From NCBI GenBank assembly GCA_021734665.1, contig JAIPIN010000001.1, forward strand, positions 1 through 59,759: a stretch of 59,759 nucleotides of DNA, written 5' to 3'. Positions 28,437 to 38,858 of the stretch are shown here, piece by piece. A program made the translations under genes and the position numbers. The first letter of the stretch is position 1. Every line of letters begins with the position of its first letter. The notes beneath the pieces are model-generated. The model searched no databases, was not told where the DNA came from, and was given only the letters and a program-made list of their open reading frames with translations. The DNA is from Kiritimatiellales bacterium. GTDB lineage: Bacteria > Patescibacteriota > Gracilibacteria > Peribacterales > Peribacteraceae.

Positions 28437-30035
28437 ATGCGTAAATTTCATTCCTCTGTTTGGCTGATTCCATTTAGTGTATTTATAGTATTTATTTGGA
28501 TGATTCCGATTTTACTTGCAGGTTATCCATTCTGGATATCGGCCTGCATTAAAAATGCTCGTGATTTTACAGATACTGGCTTGGTTACAGGTATCAGTTC
28601 TTCAATGTCGACAATTATTCTTTGGTTATTTCATCCGGTAATCGACTGGTCAAATATTATGGGATGGACTCTATTAAGTGCTGGGTTCATGATGACTGCA
28701 CTTGTTGTATGGTGGTGGTGTATTTTTAAGATATTTGGTGCAAGAGTGGCTTGGATTTCAACTATTATTTTTGCTCTAATGCCTATGTATTGGGTTGAGG
28801 CAGTTAGGCTAGGTGGTTATTCATTCGCTTTTGTATTTTTATTCCTGTCTTTCCTATCATTTATTTTATTGTTTCCCAGAAATAAAATATTTTCCTCTGT
28901 AATCAGTGGAATATTTTTCGGAGCTACAATTGCATCTAATCATGCATTTTTAACATTCATTATTTGGATTGTGATTGCATATTTGTGGATGCAACGTAAG
29001 CGCTGGAAAGTGGCTTTGCTTGAACTAGTTCTTTTTTTGGGATTTGCATATGCAGCATATGCATCACCATTGATTCCCAATGCACTTCAAACGGATATGA
29101 CTCCATTGGATCGTGTTGCGATATTCTTGCCGTCTACAAAAGAGCACATGACTGGAAATACACATTTGTATCCAGATTCTTATGCTTATGAATTTTTACG
29201 AGATGATTTTGATGAAGTAATTAAGGATCAAGTTGCAGACTTATCTTTTTTGGAGAAACAACAAGGTCAGAACTTTAGAATTATGTTTGGTGTAGAAGAG
29301 GCTGGAATTATTAAAAAAGTACTCAATGGTTTTTGGTTACTTGTAAATGTGCTACCTCCATTGGTGTTAAGCGAAACAGTGGGGGGAATATTTCTTTGGC
29401 TATTTATTTTGCCTGGCATATTCTTTCTCTATAGAGAGAATAAAAAGTTATTGATTTTGATATTTGGCCTTTGGGTGGCAATGGAATTTCAGCTTAGATT
29501 CATATTGCACTATGGCCGTGATCATTTGATGGATGTTGGTTGGGCTCTGTCTATCTTTGCAGCGCTTGGGATAGTGAGCATCAGTAAAGCATTAAAACCC
29601 AAAAAATTATCTTTGAATGTAATATGTATATTAATGCTTATTGTTATTAGCATTCAGTTGGTACAGGCAAATAGAAAGATATTTGCACTACTTTATTACA
29701 AGAGTGAGGTTCCATTAACTTTCGCCATGAAGGATGTTCTTGATGAGTTGCCCGAGAATGCTTTTGTAGCGCATCCTCGCAAAGAAAATATGTTCTTATT
29801 TTCCGACACAGATAGAGTAGTACTTCACAATCCTACAATAGATTTTCTAGCGGAGAGGGGAAGGTTAAAAGAGCCATTCGATTATTACGGAGTGACTCAT
29901 ATATTTGGGTATAATAAAACACGATCAGATCAAATATTAAAAGCAGTAAAAGGAGTGGAGTTAATCGAAGAGCCTGAAATCGAGGGGGTGCCTTTGACAC
30001 CATTAGTGAGACTAATATTGCATGTCGTTAGATAG
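28437..30035 (+). CDS. GT-C fold (ArnT/PMT_2-like) integral membrane glycosyltransferase
   Basis: About 11 TM segments with an FG.RVAWIS.IIFALMP pattern and a soluble C-terminus; start set to ATG 28437 (TATAGT 6 nt upstream). Confidence 0.7.
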   Translation: MRKFHSSVWLIPFSVFIVFIWMIPILLAGYPFWISACIKNARDFTDTGLVTGISSSMSTIILWLFHPVIDWSNIMGWTLLSAGFMMTALVVWWWCIFKIFGARVAWISTIIFALMPMYWVEAVRLGGYSFAFVFLFLSFLSFILLFPRNKIFSSVISGIFFGATIASNHAFLTFIIWIVIAYLWMQRKRWKVALLELVLFLGFAYAAYASPLIPNALQTDMTPLDRVAIFLPSTKEHMTGNTHLYPDSYAYEFLRDDFDEVIKDQVADLSFLEKQQGQNFRIMFGVEEAGIIKKVLNGFWLLVNVLPPLVLSETVGGIFLWLFILPGIFFLYRENKKLLILIFGLWVAMEFQLRFILHYGRDHLMDVGWALSIFAALGIVSISKALKPKKLSLNVICILMLIVISIQLVQANRKIFALLYYKSEVPLTFAMKDVLDELPENAFVAHPRKENMFLFSDTDRVVLHNPTIDFLAERGRLKEPFDYYGVTHIFGYNKTRSDQILKAVKGVELIEEPEIEGVPLTPLVRLILHVVR

Positions 30036-30057
30036 TTGTAAGCACAATGTGTATACA

Positions 30058-30873
30058 CTAAACATTTACCCATGGTCGTTCTTGATGGTCATGTGGATGC
30101 TTATTTCCTTCTTGCCCTTTAAATCTAGCAGGATGGTAGAGTTTTTCGGGTTCAGGTACTTCAAAATTTCCATTAACTAATTCATCTTGCACAAAGAAGG
30201 CGTTAACTCCATTTTTATCAGTTCCAAGTAGTGTGTATCCCTTCTCTTTTCCAAGTTTAACAAGTGCGCTCAGGCTTACTCCATAATAATCCGTCTTATC
30301 CCATATAAACTCAGCTTTATAAGGAACGGTTACAGCAGGCTTGTATGGAATACATGCGTTATATTCAATAACTACAACGTGTGGAGTGTAATTAGTTATA
30401 GCTTTCCATACCCAATAGTCATTTCCATCGATATCGATGGAAAGCAGATCGAATTTTTCCGGTACTTCATATTTTTTAAACAGCTCTTCAATATTTTCTG
30501 CATTTATAAACTCATGCTTCACTCCAGTTCCCGGATATGGGTCACCATCCATCATTAGCCCCTTCCAACCTTCATGTTTCCTCAGGTAATAAGTATTACT
30601 CATGTGCTTTCCGTCCCAAGCGCCAAAGTCTACGCAGTACTTGTTCGTAGTCCCAATCATTTTAAATATTGCATGGATGATTCCATCCTCTCCGTTCTGT
30701 GAGTAATTATTGCTTTCGATGAAAGGTATAAAGCGCTGAAATAAGGTGATGTCTTTGATTGGTCTTTTAAATAGTTTAATCAAGTTAAGTGTAATATTGG
30801 CATGATAGAAGCCCTTAATCCAAATTAGAGATTTTCGAGAGCGGCTGGTAATTCGGTATGAAAGACTGACCAT
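30058..30873 (-). CDS. FkbM-like methyltransferase-fold protein
   Basis: YSQNGEDGII, DFGAWDG..SNT, DLLSIDIDGNDYW, IEYN and NAFFV motifs; start set to ATG 30873. Confidence 0.75.
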   Translation of the reverse strand: MVSLSYRITSRSRKSLIWIKGFYHANITLNLIKLFKRPIKDITLFQRFIPFIESNNYSQNGEDGIIHAIFKMIGTTNKYCVDFGAWDGKHMSNTYYLRKHEGWKGLMMDGDPYPGTGVKHEFINAENIEELFKKYEVPEKFDLLSIDIDGNDYWVWKAITNYTPHVVVIEYNACIPYKPAVTVPYKAEFIWDKTDYYGVSLSALVKLGKEKGYTLLGTDKNGVNAFFVQDELVNGNFEVPEPEKLYHPARFKGQEGNKHPHDHQERPWVNV

Positions 30874-30901
30874 ATTGTGGAAGAATAATATAGCACCGTG
30901 A

Positions 30902-31020
30902 AATAATCGAATATTAGAATATTGGGATAATGGGGCTAAAGAAATTCGGATTTGTACATGTATTATACAATAGTTGAATTTGCCAATATTCCAGTACCCC
31001 AATATTTCAGTAAATAATTC
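30902..31020. repeat. Inverted octamer arrays of the same family as 4907-5003
   Basis: aataatcg aatattag aatattgg gataatgg ... ccaatatt ccagtacc ccaatatt. Confidence 0.65.
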
Positions 31021-31057
31021 ATGGAAAATTTGAGATTGCCGTTATACGCTTGAATAT

Positions 31058-32179
31058 ATGCATGTCTGTGTCCTCCAACCCGTCATCGACCCCTTCAAGG
31101 GTGGCAATCATTTATCGTTATTCGCAGCTTTAAGCGATACTCAGTTCACGATTGTGTGCAATAGGAGCAAGGTGCAGGAATCTGAATTGCCATCTAATAT
31201 TAAAGTTATCGAAGTTTCGGGCAGAATAGGTTCATATTATTACGGTTTTTCGGATTTACGATTCGGGCAATTAGTAACAGGCAAATATCCTCCGGAGTCA
31301 GATTTTTGGAAGCAGTTTGATGTAATACATTTAAATCAAGTAATGGGTCCTTCTCTTAGGAATCTCAAAAATACCGGGAAGTCTCTTCTATTTCTAATTC
31401 ATCATCCAGTTACTGCAGATTTGGAGATTGCTTTGCAGGAATCAGGATTTATCGAATCTTTAAAATGGAGACTCAAGTATTATTTTCTAATCAAGTGGCA
31501 GGGCCAGATGTGTAAATTGGCAGATCAAGTAATTACGGTTTCGGGTACGATGCAAAAAAGAATTTCCGATGATTACAAAATCGACCAATCTAAGATTTCT
31601 GTAGTACCAAACGGTGTAGATGTATCAGTTTTTACTCCAGTTGCCGATAGTGAATGTGAATTCGATGTAATCGCAGCGGGCTCATTCATTCATCCGCGTA
31701 AGGGATTTAAATATCTGCTAGAGGTTTACCGAAAATTAAGTGATTCAGGGAAAAAGATTGCAGATGTTGGCCGAAGGTCAGAGCAACAGATTAAAGCGCT
31801 CAGCGAAATTTCCGGAGTACAAGTATATGGAATGGTTAATAACGAAAAGATGGTTGATTTGATGAGACATTCAAGAACTTTGGTATCCACTTCTTTGTTC
31901 GAAGGATTCGGGCTTACTCTGATAGAAACTTTGGCATGCGGCCATCCTGCATTTGCATTTGATGTTGGTGCAGTCAGAGAAGTTTTGGGAGAAATAGATC
32001 CAGATCTGATTGTAGAACCACGTAATATTTCTCATATAGTTAACAAGATTGAAGCGCATCTGGTACTTACATCTCAGGATAGGGAAAAGAAAGGAGAGGA
32101 TTTAAGGACAAAAGTTATTGGCAGGTATTCAATAGATCGTTCTTCTGATGCGCTTAGAGGCATATATATACAGAATTAA
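31058..32179 (+). CDS. Glycosyltransferase family 4
   Basis: VITVS, VVPNGVD, RKG and SLFEGFGLTLIETLACG motifs. Confidence 0.92.
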   Translation: MHVCVLQPVIDPFKGGNHLSLFAALSDTQFTIVCNRSKVQESELPSNIKVIEVSGRIGSYYYGFSDLRFGQLVTGKYPPESDFWKQFDVIHLNQVMGPSLRNLKNTGKSLLFLIHHPVTADLEIALQESGFIESLKWRLKYYFLIKWQGQMCKLADQVITVSGTMQKRISDDYKIDQSKISVVPNGVDVSVFTPVADSECEFDVIAAGSFIHPRKGFKYLLEVYRKLSDSGKKIADVGRRSEQQIKALSEISGVQVYGMVNNEKMVDLMRHSRTLVSTSLFEGFGLTLIETLACGHPAFAFDVGAVREVLGEIDPDLIVEPRNISHIVNKIEAHLVLTSQDREKKGEDLRTKVIGRYSIDRSSDALRGIYIQN

Positions 32180-32231
32180 AGATACAAATTCTTGTTCTAA
32201 AACCCCTTCTGCGATAGCTTAGATAAGATTT

Positions 32232-34046
32232 ATGGCTGATGATGTGCGGGCCAATATAGGCAAAATGATGATGATATTAAAAGGTATCCATATACATCCG
32301 TTGTACATGTTGATACCAATTTCTTTATCGTTGATTGCTGCAGCATTTGAGGGGGTAGGAATGGGTCTTCTTATACCCATTCTGAATGGGTTTCTTAGTC
32401 ATAGCTTTACATTTATTACAGAATCTACGTTGATCGGTCCGGTTGTGTCTTTGTTGCCTGTATCAATTATAAGCAATGACAGACTTCTTTTTGGTGTCAT
32501 GCTCGCAGGATTCATGATTGTTTTTACATTTAGAAATTTAATCAGATATTTATCTGTTGTTAGTATGTCTTTCTTTTCAGAAAGATCTCTGCATCATCTT
32601 AGAAAGGTTTTATTCACCAGATATTTAAGCTTTGGTAAATTATATTTCGATACATCTAACGTTGGTCATCACAGTACACTGCTTTTGGAGTTTTCACGTC
32701 AAGCAATCAGTCCATTGATGGTTATTGATAAGTTGATAAACGCACTGTTTTCGCTTGCTGCATATTTAGTAGTATTGCTTATGATTTCATGGAAATTAAC
32801 AGTGGTTGCTTTGCCTTTGTTCGTATTTCTACATTTTTCAATCAAGATAATGATTGTAAGAATTAAAGGATTATCTAGATCTATTGCAAAGCGTGGTAGC
32901 GAGCTCGGGAAAAAGTCTGTTGAAATTCTTTCTACAATACCTTTAGTAAAAGCCTATAGAACGGAAAGAAAAGAGCAGCAGAATTATTCTGATATTAGTA
33001 ATGAAAAAGCAAAACTCGATTTTCATGTTAGAGCTTTGCAAGACGTCATACTCCCTGCTCAGGAAATAATTACCATGGTTGTAGCTGTTATGGTTCTGCT
33101 TGGTTCGATATATCTATTTGGGAGAGAGCAAATTGCTTCCGGCCCTGCTCTACTTGTGTACTTTTACATAATCATGAATGCTTCGCACAAGTTTGGTGCG
33201 GTATCTGGTTTTCGTGGAATTGTTGCAAGTTCAAGTGGGCCGTTGGATGAGGTTATGGAGATATTTAGCGAAGAAGGAAAATTCTATGTAAAAGGAGGAG
33301 GCAAAGAATTCACTGGATTTGAAAAAGAAATAAGATTCCAAGACCTTTCATTTGGATATTCAAGTGATAGAAAAGTTTTGAAAAATATTTCTTTTGAGAT
33401 GCAAAAAGGAAAAATGACAGCAATTGTTGGGCCTACTGGCTCAGGAAAAAGCACACTTATTAATTTGTTGATGCGATATTATGAATGTCCTGAAAATGCG
33501 ATATTTATAGACAGTACGGATATTAAAGAATTAACTTTGGATTCCTATCTTAAACATGTAGCACTTGTTAGTCAGGATACTTTGCTACTACATGACAGCT
33601 TAAAAAATAATATTGCCTATGGACTGAAAAATATTTCTGACAAAGATGTTGAAGAGGCTGTGGAGAGAGCTCGTTTAAGTGAATTAATTGGTAAACTCCC
33701 CAATGGTCTTGATACTATGATTGGAGACAGGGGAGTTAAACTAAGTGGAGGAGAAAAACAGCGTGTTTCTATAGCTCGAGCACTTCTTAAGGGTTCAGAA
33801 ATTCTTATTCTGGATGAGGCTACAAGTTCCTTGGATAGCAAAACAGAAAACTTGATTCAGGAAGCAATTGACGAAGCTGTAACTGGGCGCACTTCGATAG
33901 TAATTGCTCATCGCCTTAGCACCATTCAACATGCTGACAATATAGTGGTGATTGAAGATGGCCGCTTTGTGGAAGAGGGCACTTTGGATGAACTATTAAA
34001 CAAAAAAGGTGCATTCCACGAGTTATGGGAGCAACAGAAATTCTAG
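32232..34046 (+). CDS. ABC exporter with fused TMD and NBD (PglK/HepA/MsbA-like glycan flippase candidate)
   Basis: 6 TMs, [26 protein letters not shown] and IAHRLST motifs; located in the glycan locus. Confidence 0.9.
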   Translation: MADDVRANIGKMMMILKGIHIHPLYMLIPISLSLIAAAFEGVGMGLLIPILNGFLSHSFTFITESTLIGPVVSLLPVSIISNDRLLFGVMLAGFMIVFTFRNLIRYLSVVSMSFFSERSLHHLRKVLFTRYLSFGKLYFDTSNVGHHSTLLLEFSRQAISPLMVIDKLINALFSLAAYLVVLLMISWKLTVVALPLFVFLHFSIKIMIVRIKGLSRSIAKRGSELGKKSVEILSTIPLVKAYRTERKEQQNYSDISNEKAKLDFHVRALQDVILPAQEIITMVVAVMVLLGSIYLFGREQIASGPALLVYFYIIMNASHKFGAVSGFRGIVASSSGPLDEVMEIFSEEGKFYVKGGGKEFTGFEKEIRFQDLSFGYSSDRKVLKNISFEMQKGKMTAIVGPTGSGKSTLINLLMRYYECPENAIFIDSTDIKELTLDSYLKHVALVSQDTLLLHDSLKNNIAYGLKNISDKDVEEAVERARLSELIGKLPNGLDTMIGDRGVKLSGGEKQRVSIARALLKGSEILILDEATSSLDSKTENLIQEAIDEAVTGRTSIVIAHRLSTIQHADNIVVIEDGRFVEEGTLDELLNKKGAFHELWEQQKF

Positions 34047-34054
34047 AATGCTTT

Positions 34055-34762
34055 TTATCTATTCTTATACTGCGACTTTTTTTTAAGTAACAATTCAGCA
34101 AGTTCCAAGTCTATCTGAGTATCTATATCAATCGAGGATTCCTGATCCATTATTAGTGGTACGCAATTGCCGCTAAATGGATTTTTTGACTGCAATAGAT
34201 GATCCCTTGTAAATACATACACTGCACCATTATATGCATAGAATTTTTCCGCATTTTTGGCTGATTCATACGGTTTGGCATCTAGCTTGCCTTCGGTAAT
34301 TGTCATTGCTCGTTTGGGACTTTGAAGATAATGGATTTCTTTTACGCTAACTACACAATCCGCATCGGTATGTTTTTGCAGTGCAATCCCTTCGTCAATG
34401 TGAGCAGCTGTGCGCAATGGTGAAGTTGGCTGGAGCAAGACGACCAGCGACGGCGTGTATTGCTCCTGTTTCTCTAGCTCATTAATAGTGTAGTAGACTG
34501 CATCCATAGCATCTGATTCTTCACCTGCGAGTTCATTTGGTCGCATAAATGGTATTTCTACATTACATGCGCGTCCAATTCCGACAATTTCTTCATTGTC
34601 AGTACTTAATACCACTCGCGTTATGAATTTACTTTGGGTTGCCGCTTCGCATGTGTAAGAAATGAGCGGCTTGCCGTTCACAGGCAAAATATTTTTTTTG
34701 GGGATTCTTATAGATCCTCCTCTTGCAATTATGATGCCGAGTACGTCAGAGTTATTTTGCAT
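34055..34762 (-). CDS. neuA: Acylneuraminate (nonulosonate) cytidylyltransferase
   Basis: IIARGGSIRIPKKN, VVLSTD, LLQPTSPLR, YNGAVY and SIDIDT motifs. Confidence 0.9.
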   Translation of the reverse strand: MQNNSDVLGIIIARGGSIRIPKKNILPVNGKPLISYTCEAATQSKFITRVVLSTDNEEIVGIGRACNVEIPFMRPNELAGEESDAMDAVYYTINELEKQEQYTPSLVVLLQPTSPLRTAAHIDEGIALQKHTDADCVVSVKEIHYLQSPKRAMTITEGKLDAKPYESAKNAEKFYAYNGAVYVFTRDHLLQSKNPFSGNCVPLIMDQESSIDIDTQIDLELAELLLKKKSQYKNR

Positions 34763-34766
34763 CTCT

Positions 34767-35936
34767 TTAGAGAGAACAAAATGGAATGATGTGATCAGAT
34801 GTAATGGAGTGGTGTGATTTTAGGAAGGAGCAGATGTCATCAAAGAACGTTACCGCAGTTACAATCACGAGATCTGCTTCCCTGTATCGCGGCGATGTAG
34901 CTTCGAGAATCGGTACTGGGCACGCAGGAACAAAGGTCCCTGCCTTGCTCTCATCACTGTCAAATAGAAGAATGTTTTCACAGTTAATATCTCCCAATGC
35001 AAACAGTGTATTCATTCCGTTACAAGCCCCATGAAAGGCAACTGTCTTTCCTTCAATTTGTGCCTTTTTTATAATATCTAATATGGGTTGCAGGCCATTG
35101 TTAAAGTTTGTAGCTGCAATTTCAAACAGCTCTCTGTCTATTTCCATCTGAAAATCCTGATGTATCGGCCTCCGACCTTTTTTTAGGACATAAAACAATG
35201 TATCAAGTTTTTTAACGAGTTTGAGGATTTCAAATCCTGCTTGTGTAATAAGATGATTCGCAGATGCCTCTGAGAAATAATTAATATGCTCAAAGCAGAG
35301 AGTGTTAATGTCGCCTCTGCGGAATTGCATTTCAATATCAGGGAATATGAGTACCGCCCTCGAATCCTTCGATCGTAGTATTTCATTTGCTTGTACAAGA
35401 AATCCAAAAGGATCGGCAACGTGTTCAATACAGTTCAGAGAAAGAATGAAATCTGGGTGCAAGTTCTCAGTATCTAGATCAAGGTCAAAATATTCACGAA
35501 TAACATTGATATGAGGATTATCAGGAGTAGCTTTCACACTTGGATCAACAATAAAGTACTCTCCTGCTTGGTCTTCATTCATAAATCTATTTGCCATATA
35601 AAGACTGCCAGCTCCAATTTCCATCATGGTCTTCCCTTGTAGGTAAGGCGCATGCTCTTTTGCAAAGTCATAGTACATATCTCCAAGCCAGTTGGCCCAA
35701 GTGGAAGAGCCGGGTGGTTTGGTTGGCATTGTGTATCCTGGATCGTTATATGCATCAACTATTTGCTGCTCTACCTCTGAATCCGAGCATTGCCGAATGA
35801 ACCCCTTCTCATCAAGCTTGAGCCGAAAAGGGTACATACGTTGCCCCCCTGGTCTATCACGTACGCCTTGCCATAGTGGAAATCTATCAAAACTGATTTC
35901 CGTTGTAATTTTCTCTGTTGTGCTAGATGAATTCAT
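34767..35936 (-). CDS. SAM-dependent methyltransferase, NDP-sugar C-methyltransferase-like
   Basis: MEIGAG, NCIEHV, FEHINYFS and a C-terminal Rossmann-like VAFHGA..FDSD..KAG domain. Confidence 0.7.
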   Translation of the reverse strand: MNSSSTTEKITTEISFDRFPLWQGVRDRPGGQRMYPFRLKLDEKGFIRQCSDSEVEQQIVDAYNDPGYTMPTKPPGSSTWANWLGDMYYDFAKEHAPYLQGKTMMEIGAGSLYMANRFMNEDQAGEYFIVDPSVKATPDNPHINVIREYFDLDLDTENLHPDFILSLNCIEHVADPFGFLVQANEILRSKDSRAVLIFPDIEMQFRRGDINTLCFEHINYFSEASANHLITQAGFEILKLVKKLDTLFYVLKKGRRPIHQDFQMEIDRELFEIAATNFNNGLQPILDIIKKAQIEGKTVAFHGACNGMNTLFALGDINCENILLFDSDESKAGTFVPACPVPILEATSPRYREADLVIVTAVTFFDDICSFLKSHHSITSDHIIPFCSL

Positions 35937-36047
35937 TGGTGCAATTATTGCAGTTTGGAACCTCTGTGCAAGTCAAAAGAGCATTTTTCTCTTTTAGAAA
36001 AGGCAATTTTTATAACATGTTCGCAGGTTGTTTGATAGTCTAGTTTC

Positions 36048-37169
36048 ATGATAGTGCGCAAAAAGACAATTTTGTTTATAACCGGCACGCGTGCGGAATG
36101 GGGACTTTTTAGGTCTACTATTTTGCTACTAAAGAAAAGCAGCATTGTTACACCAAAAATATTGGTTACAGGTATGCATACTCAGCGCCAATTTGGCTAT
36201 ACTCTCGATGAGGTAAGAAGGGAGGTTAATGTGGATCATACAATCCCCATAGGAGAACATGATGATCAAGTAACAGCTCTGAGTAAGGAAATAGAAGGCA
36301 TTGGGAAGTATCTCAAGAAAAATCCAGTCGATGCATTGCTTGTTGTAGGAGACCGTGATGAGCCTTTTGCTGGTGCTGTAGTAGCAGTACATCTTGGTAT
36401 CCCAATTATTCACATTGCAGGAGGTGATGTTACTGGTCCTACTGTTGATCAATATTTGCGAAATGCGATTACCACATTTTCTAGTGTGCATTTAACGCAA
36501 ACGCCTCATAGTGCTTCCAATGTAAAGAAACTTGGTGCAGATCCACGTTGGACAAAAAATGTTGGCCCACCTGGTCTTGACCAGTTAAAACGAAGTGAGC
36601 TTTTTTCCAGAAAAGAAGTCGCTCGTCTTTGTTGTCTAGATGCTAAAAAGCAATGGTTTCTTGTGTCTATGCATCCAACAATTCTCGACAATACACCGAT
36701 ACTACAGCAGATTCGGTCAGTGCTTACGGCTATTAAGAAGATAAGTCCCGATGATGAAAAAATTCTTTTGTATCCAAATGCAGATGACGGATGCGATACT
36801 TTTATTGCTGAAATCGAAAAGATGCGGGAGAAGTCTAATTTCCATATTAATAGGCATCTTAAGCGAATGGATTATCTATCTCTTATGAAGGAGAGTGCCG
36901 CACTTATAGGCAATACTAGTTCTGGACTGATGGAAGCAGGATATCTTAAAGTTCCGTTTGTTTGCGTTGGCAATCGGCAGAAATATAGAGAGCATGGGTC
37001 AAATGTTCTCTTCGCAGATTATGATTCAGTTACAATTGAGAGAGAAATTACAAAGGCTTTGTCGTCCAAATTCCGAAAATCACTCACTCATTCCCAGTCG
37101 ATATATAAGGGTGGTGCAGTTGCAAAAAGAATAGCTAAGGCAATTGAACAATTTCTTCTAACTTTATAA
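36048..37169 (+). CDS. neuC: Hydrolysing UDP/GDP-N-acetylglucosamine-type 2-epimerase (NeuC/LegG family)
   Basis: ITGTRAEWG, VTGMH, VVGDRDE, HIAGGD, YPNADDG, GNTSSG and GNRQ motifs. Confidence 0.9.
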   Translation: MIVRKKTILFITGTRAEWGLFRSTILLLKKSSIVTPKILVTGMHTQRQFGYTLDEVRREVNVDHTIPIGEHDDQVTALSKEIEGIGKYLKKNPVDALLVVGDRDEPFAGAVVAVHLGIPIIHIAGGDVTGPTVDQYLRNAITTFSSVHLTQTPHSASNVKKLGADPRWTKNVGPPGLDQLKRSELFSRKEVARLCCLDAKKQWFLVSMHPTILDNTPILQQIRSVLTAIKKISPDDEKILLYPNADDGCDTFIAEIEKMREKSNFHINRHLKRMDYLSLMKESAALIGNTSSGLMEAGYLKVPFVCVGNRQKYREHGSNVLFADYDSVTIEREITKALSSKFRKSLTHSQSIYKGGAVAKRIAKAIEQFLLTL

Positions 37170-37170
37170 T

Positions 37171-38847
37171 ATGGATTCTATTCGACACACACTTTTTGAA
37201 GAAAATCACATTCATTCCATATTTAGTGATGGGGATAATTCCATCGAACAGTTATTGGAATATAATTTCTATCATGACCAGTTGGATCTCGTTATTTCCG
37301 ATCATGTTGATAAGAATACAGATTGGTTTTTCAGCTACATTGAAGAAATTAAAAAGCAGCGAAAACGTTATCCACAATTTACGACTAGTATCGGTTGTGA
37401 GGTAAAGATTCTAGAAGATGGAACACTCAATACTCGTGCGGATATCCTAGATTCTTCGGATGTTGTAATTGGAAGTGTGCATCATTTTTCGGATATTAAA
37501 ACAATGGGAAAAGAAGAGATGATTAAGAAAGAGTATGAACTTTCGATGATGATTGCAAGGCATCCAGATGTGGATGTGCTGGGGCATCCGTTTAGCATGT
37601 GTAATCGTTTTTACAAAGTCGCTCCTCCTATGAAATACGTGAAGGAAGTGTATGAATTGTGTAAAAAAAATGGCATTAAGTTCGAATGCAATTCCAGTCA
37701 GGCAATTGGTGCAGTTCGTGAATTAATAGAGAGCGAAGTCGCTGCAGGAAATACGCAATATCTTTCTTTTGGAAGCGATGTACATGAGCAAACGAGTGAG
37801 ATTGGAAATGCAGCTTTTGGGTTTGTATATCCACTCACTGTACTTGTGACTGGTGCAGGCGCAGGTGTCGGACAGAGCATCATCAAATCAATCAAGCTTT
37901 CTGCGGTTAATACCAGAATCATTTCTGTCGACATGAGTCCTCTTGCAGCTGGTTTGTACCGAAGCGATGCTGCGTATGTTGTCCCAAGTGTAACCGATCC
38001 AACATATATAAAAGTTTTACAGAGCATATGTATTTCGGAACATGTTGATCTTTTGCTAATTGGCACTGATGTTGAGCTTAATATATTCGCTCTAAACAAA
38101 GAGATTTTTGAACGAGACACAGGAACGCGAATTATTGTTAGCAATCTTGAGGCAATTGAAATTGCAGATGATAAATGGAAGACGATGGAGTTTCTTAAAT
38201 CTAATCATTTTCCTTTTATTCGTTCATCACTACCAGAAAATATAGATGACTTTCTGATTGAAGCTAAATTCCCAATTGTCCTCAAACCTCGATGTGGTGC
38301 CAGAGCCATTGGATTTGAGATAGTTAAAGATGAGGCAGCATTACGTTTTTTGTTGCAAACGCGCAAAGATTTCATTATTCAGGAATATCTGCCCGAAGAT
38401 AATGATGAGTACACCTGTGGAGCCTTTTTTTACGAAGGTGAATGCTATGGCGTTATTGTAATGAAGCGATGGTTGCGTGATGGAGATACGTACAAAGCCA
38501 TTGCTCGGCACGATCCTGAGCTGGAGGCATACATCGAACGGGTCGGAAAAGTTTTAAATATTGATGGGCCATGTAATTTTCAGCTGCGGAAATCTGGTGG
38601 AGAATATAAAATATTTGAAATCAATTGCCGTTTTTCTGGTACGACTGGTGCCGCGAGTGCTCTTGGATTCAATGTTGTAAATGCGCTTTTGCAGAAATTA
38701 TTCCTCGGTCGTTCACTGCATAGTTTGCCTTTCATAGAATCGTATGTATTTAGGTATTGGAATGAAGTGTTAGTTTCTTTTAACGATGTGGAGACTATGA
38801 CAAAGGGGCATAATGAACAGCCCAATTCTTCTCTTAATGAGATATAA
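37171..38847 (+). CDS. Fusion of a PHP domain and an ATP-grasp domain
   Basis: N-terminal HIHSIFSDG, SDH, GCEVK, SVHH, GHP and GSDVH; C-terminal VLVTGAGAGVG, DKWKT, VLKPR.G, IIQEYL and FEINCRFSG. Confidence 0.85.
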   Translation: MDSIRHTLFEENHIHSIFSDGDNSIEQLLEYNFYHDQLDLVISDHVDKNTDWFFSYIEEIKKQRKRYPQFTTSIGCEVKILEDGTLNTRADILDSSDVVIGSVHHFSDIKTMGKEEMIKKEYELSMMIARHPDVDVLGHPFSMCNRFYKVAPPMKYVKEVYELCKKNGIKFECNSSQAIGAVRELIESEVAAGNTQYLSFGSDVHEQTSEIGNAAFGFVYPLTVLVTGAGAGVGQSIIKSIKLSAVNTRIISVDMSPLAAGLYRSDAAYVVPSVTDPTYIKVLQSICISEHVDLLLIGTDVELNIFALNKEIFERDTGTRIIVSNLEAIEIADDKWKTMEFLKSNHFPFIRSSLPENIDDFLIEAKFPIVLKPRCGARAIGFEIVKDEAALRFLLQTRKDFIIQEYLPEDNDEYTCGAFFYEGECYGVIVMKRWLRDGDTYKAIARHDPELEAYIERVGKVLNIDGPCNFQLRKSGGEYKIFEINCRFSGTTGAASALGFNVVNALLQKLFLGRSLHSLPFIESYVFRYWNEVLVSFNDVETMTKGHNEQPNSSLNEI

Positions 38848-38858
38848 AAGATTTATGA

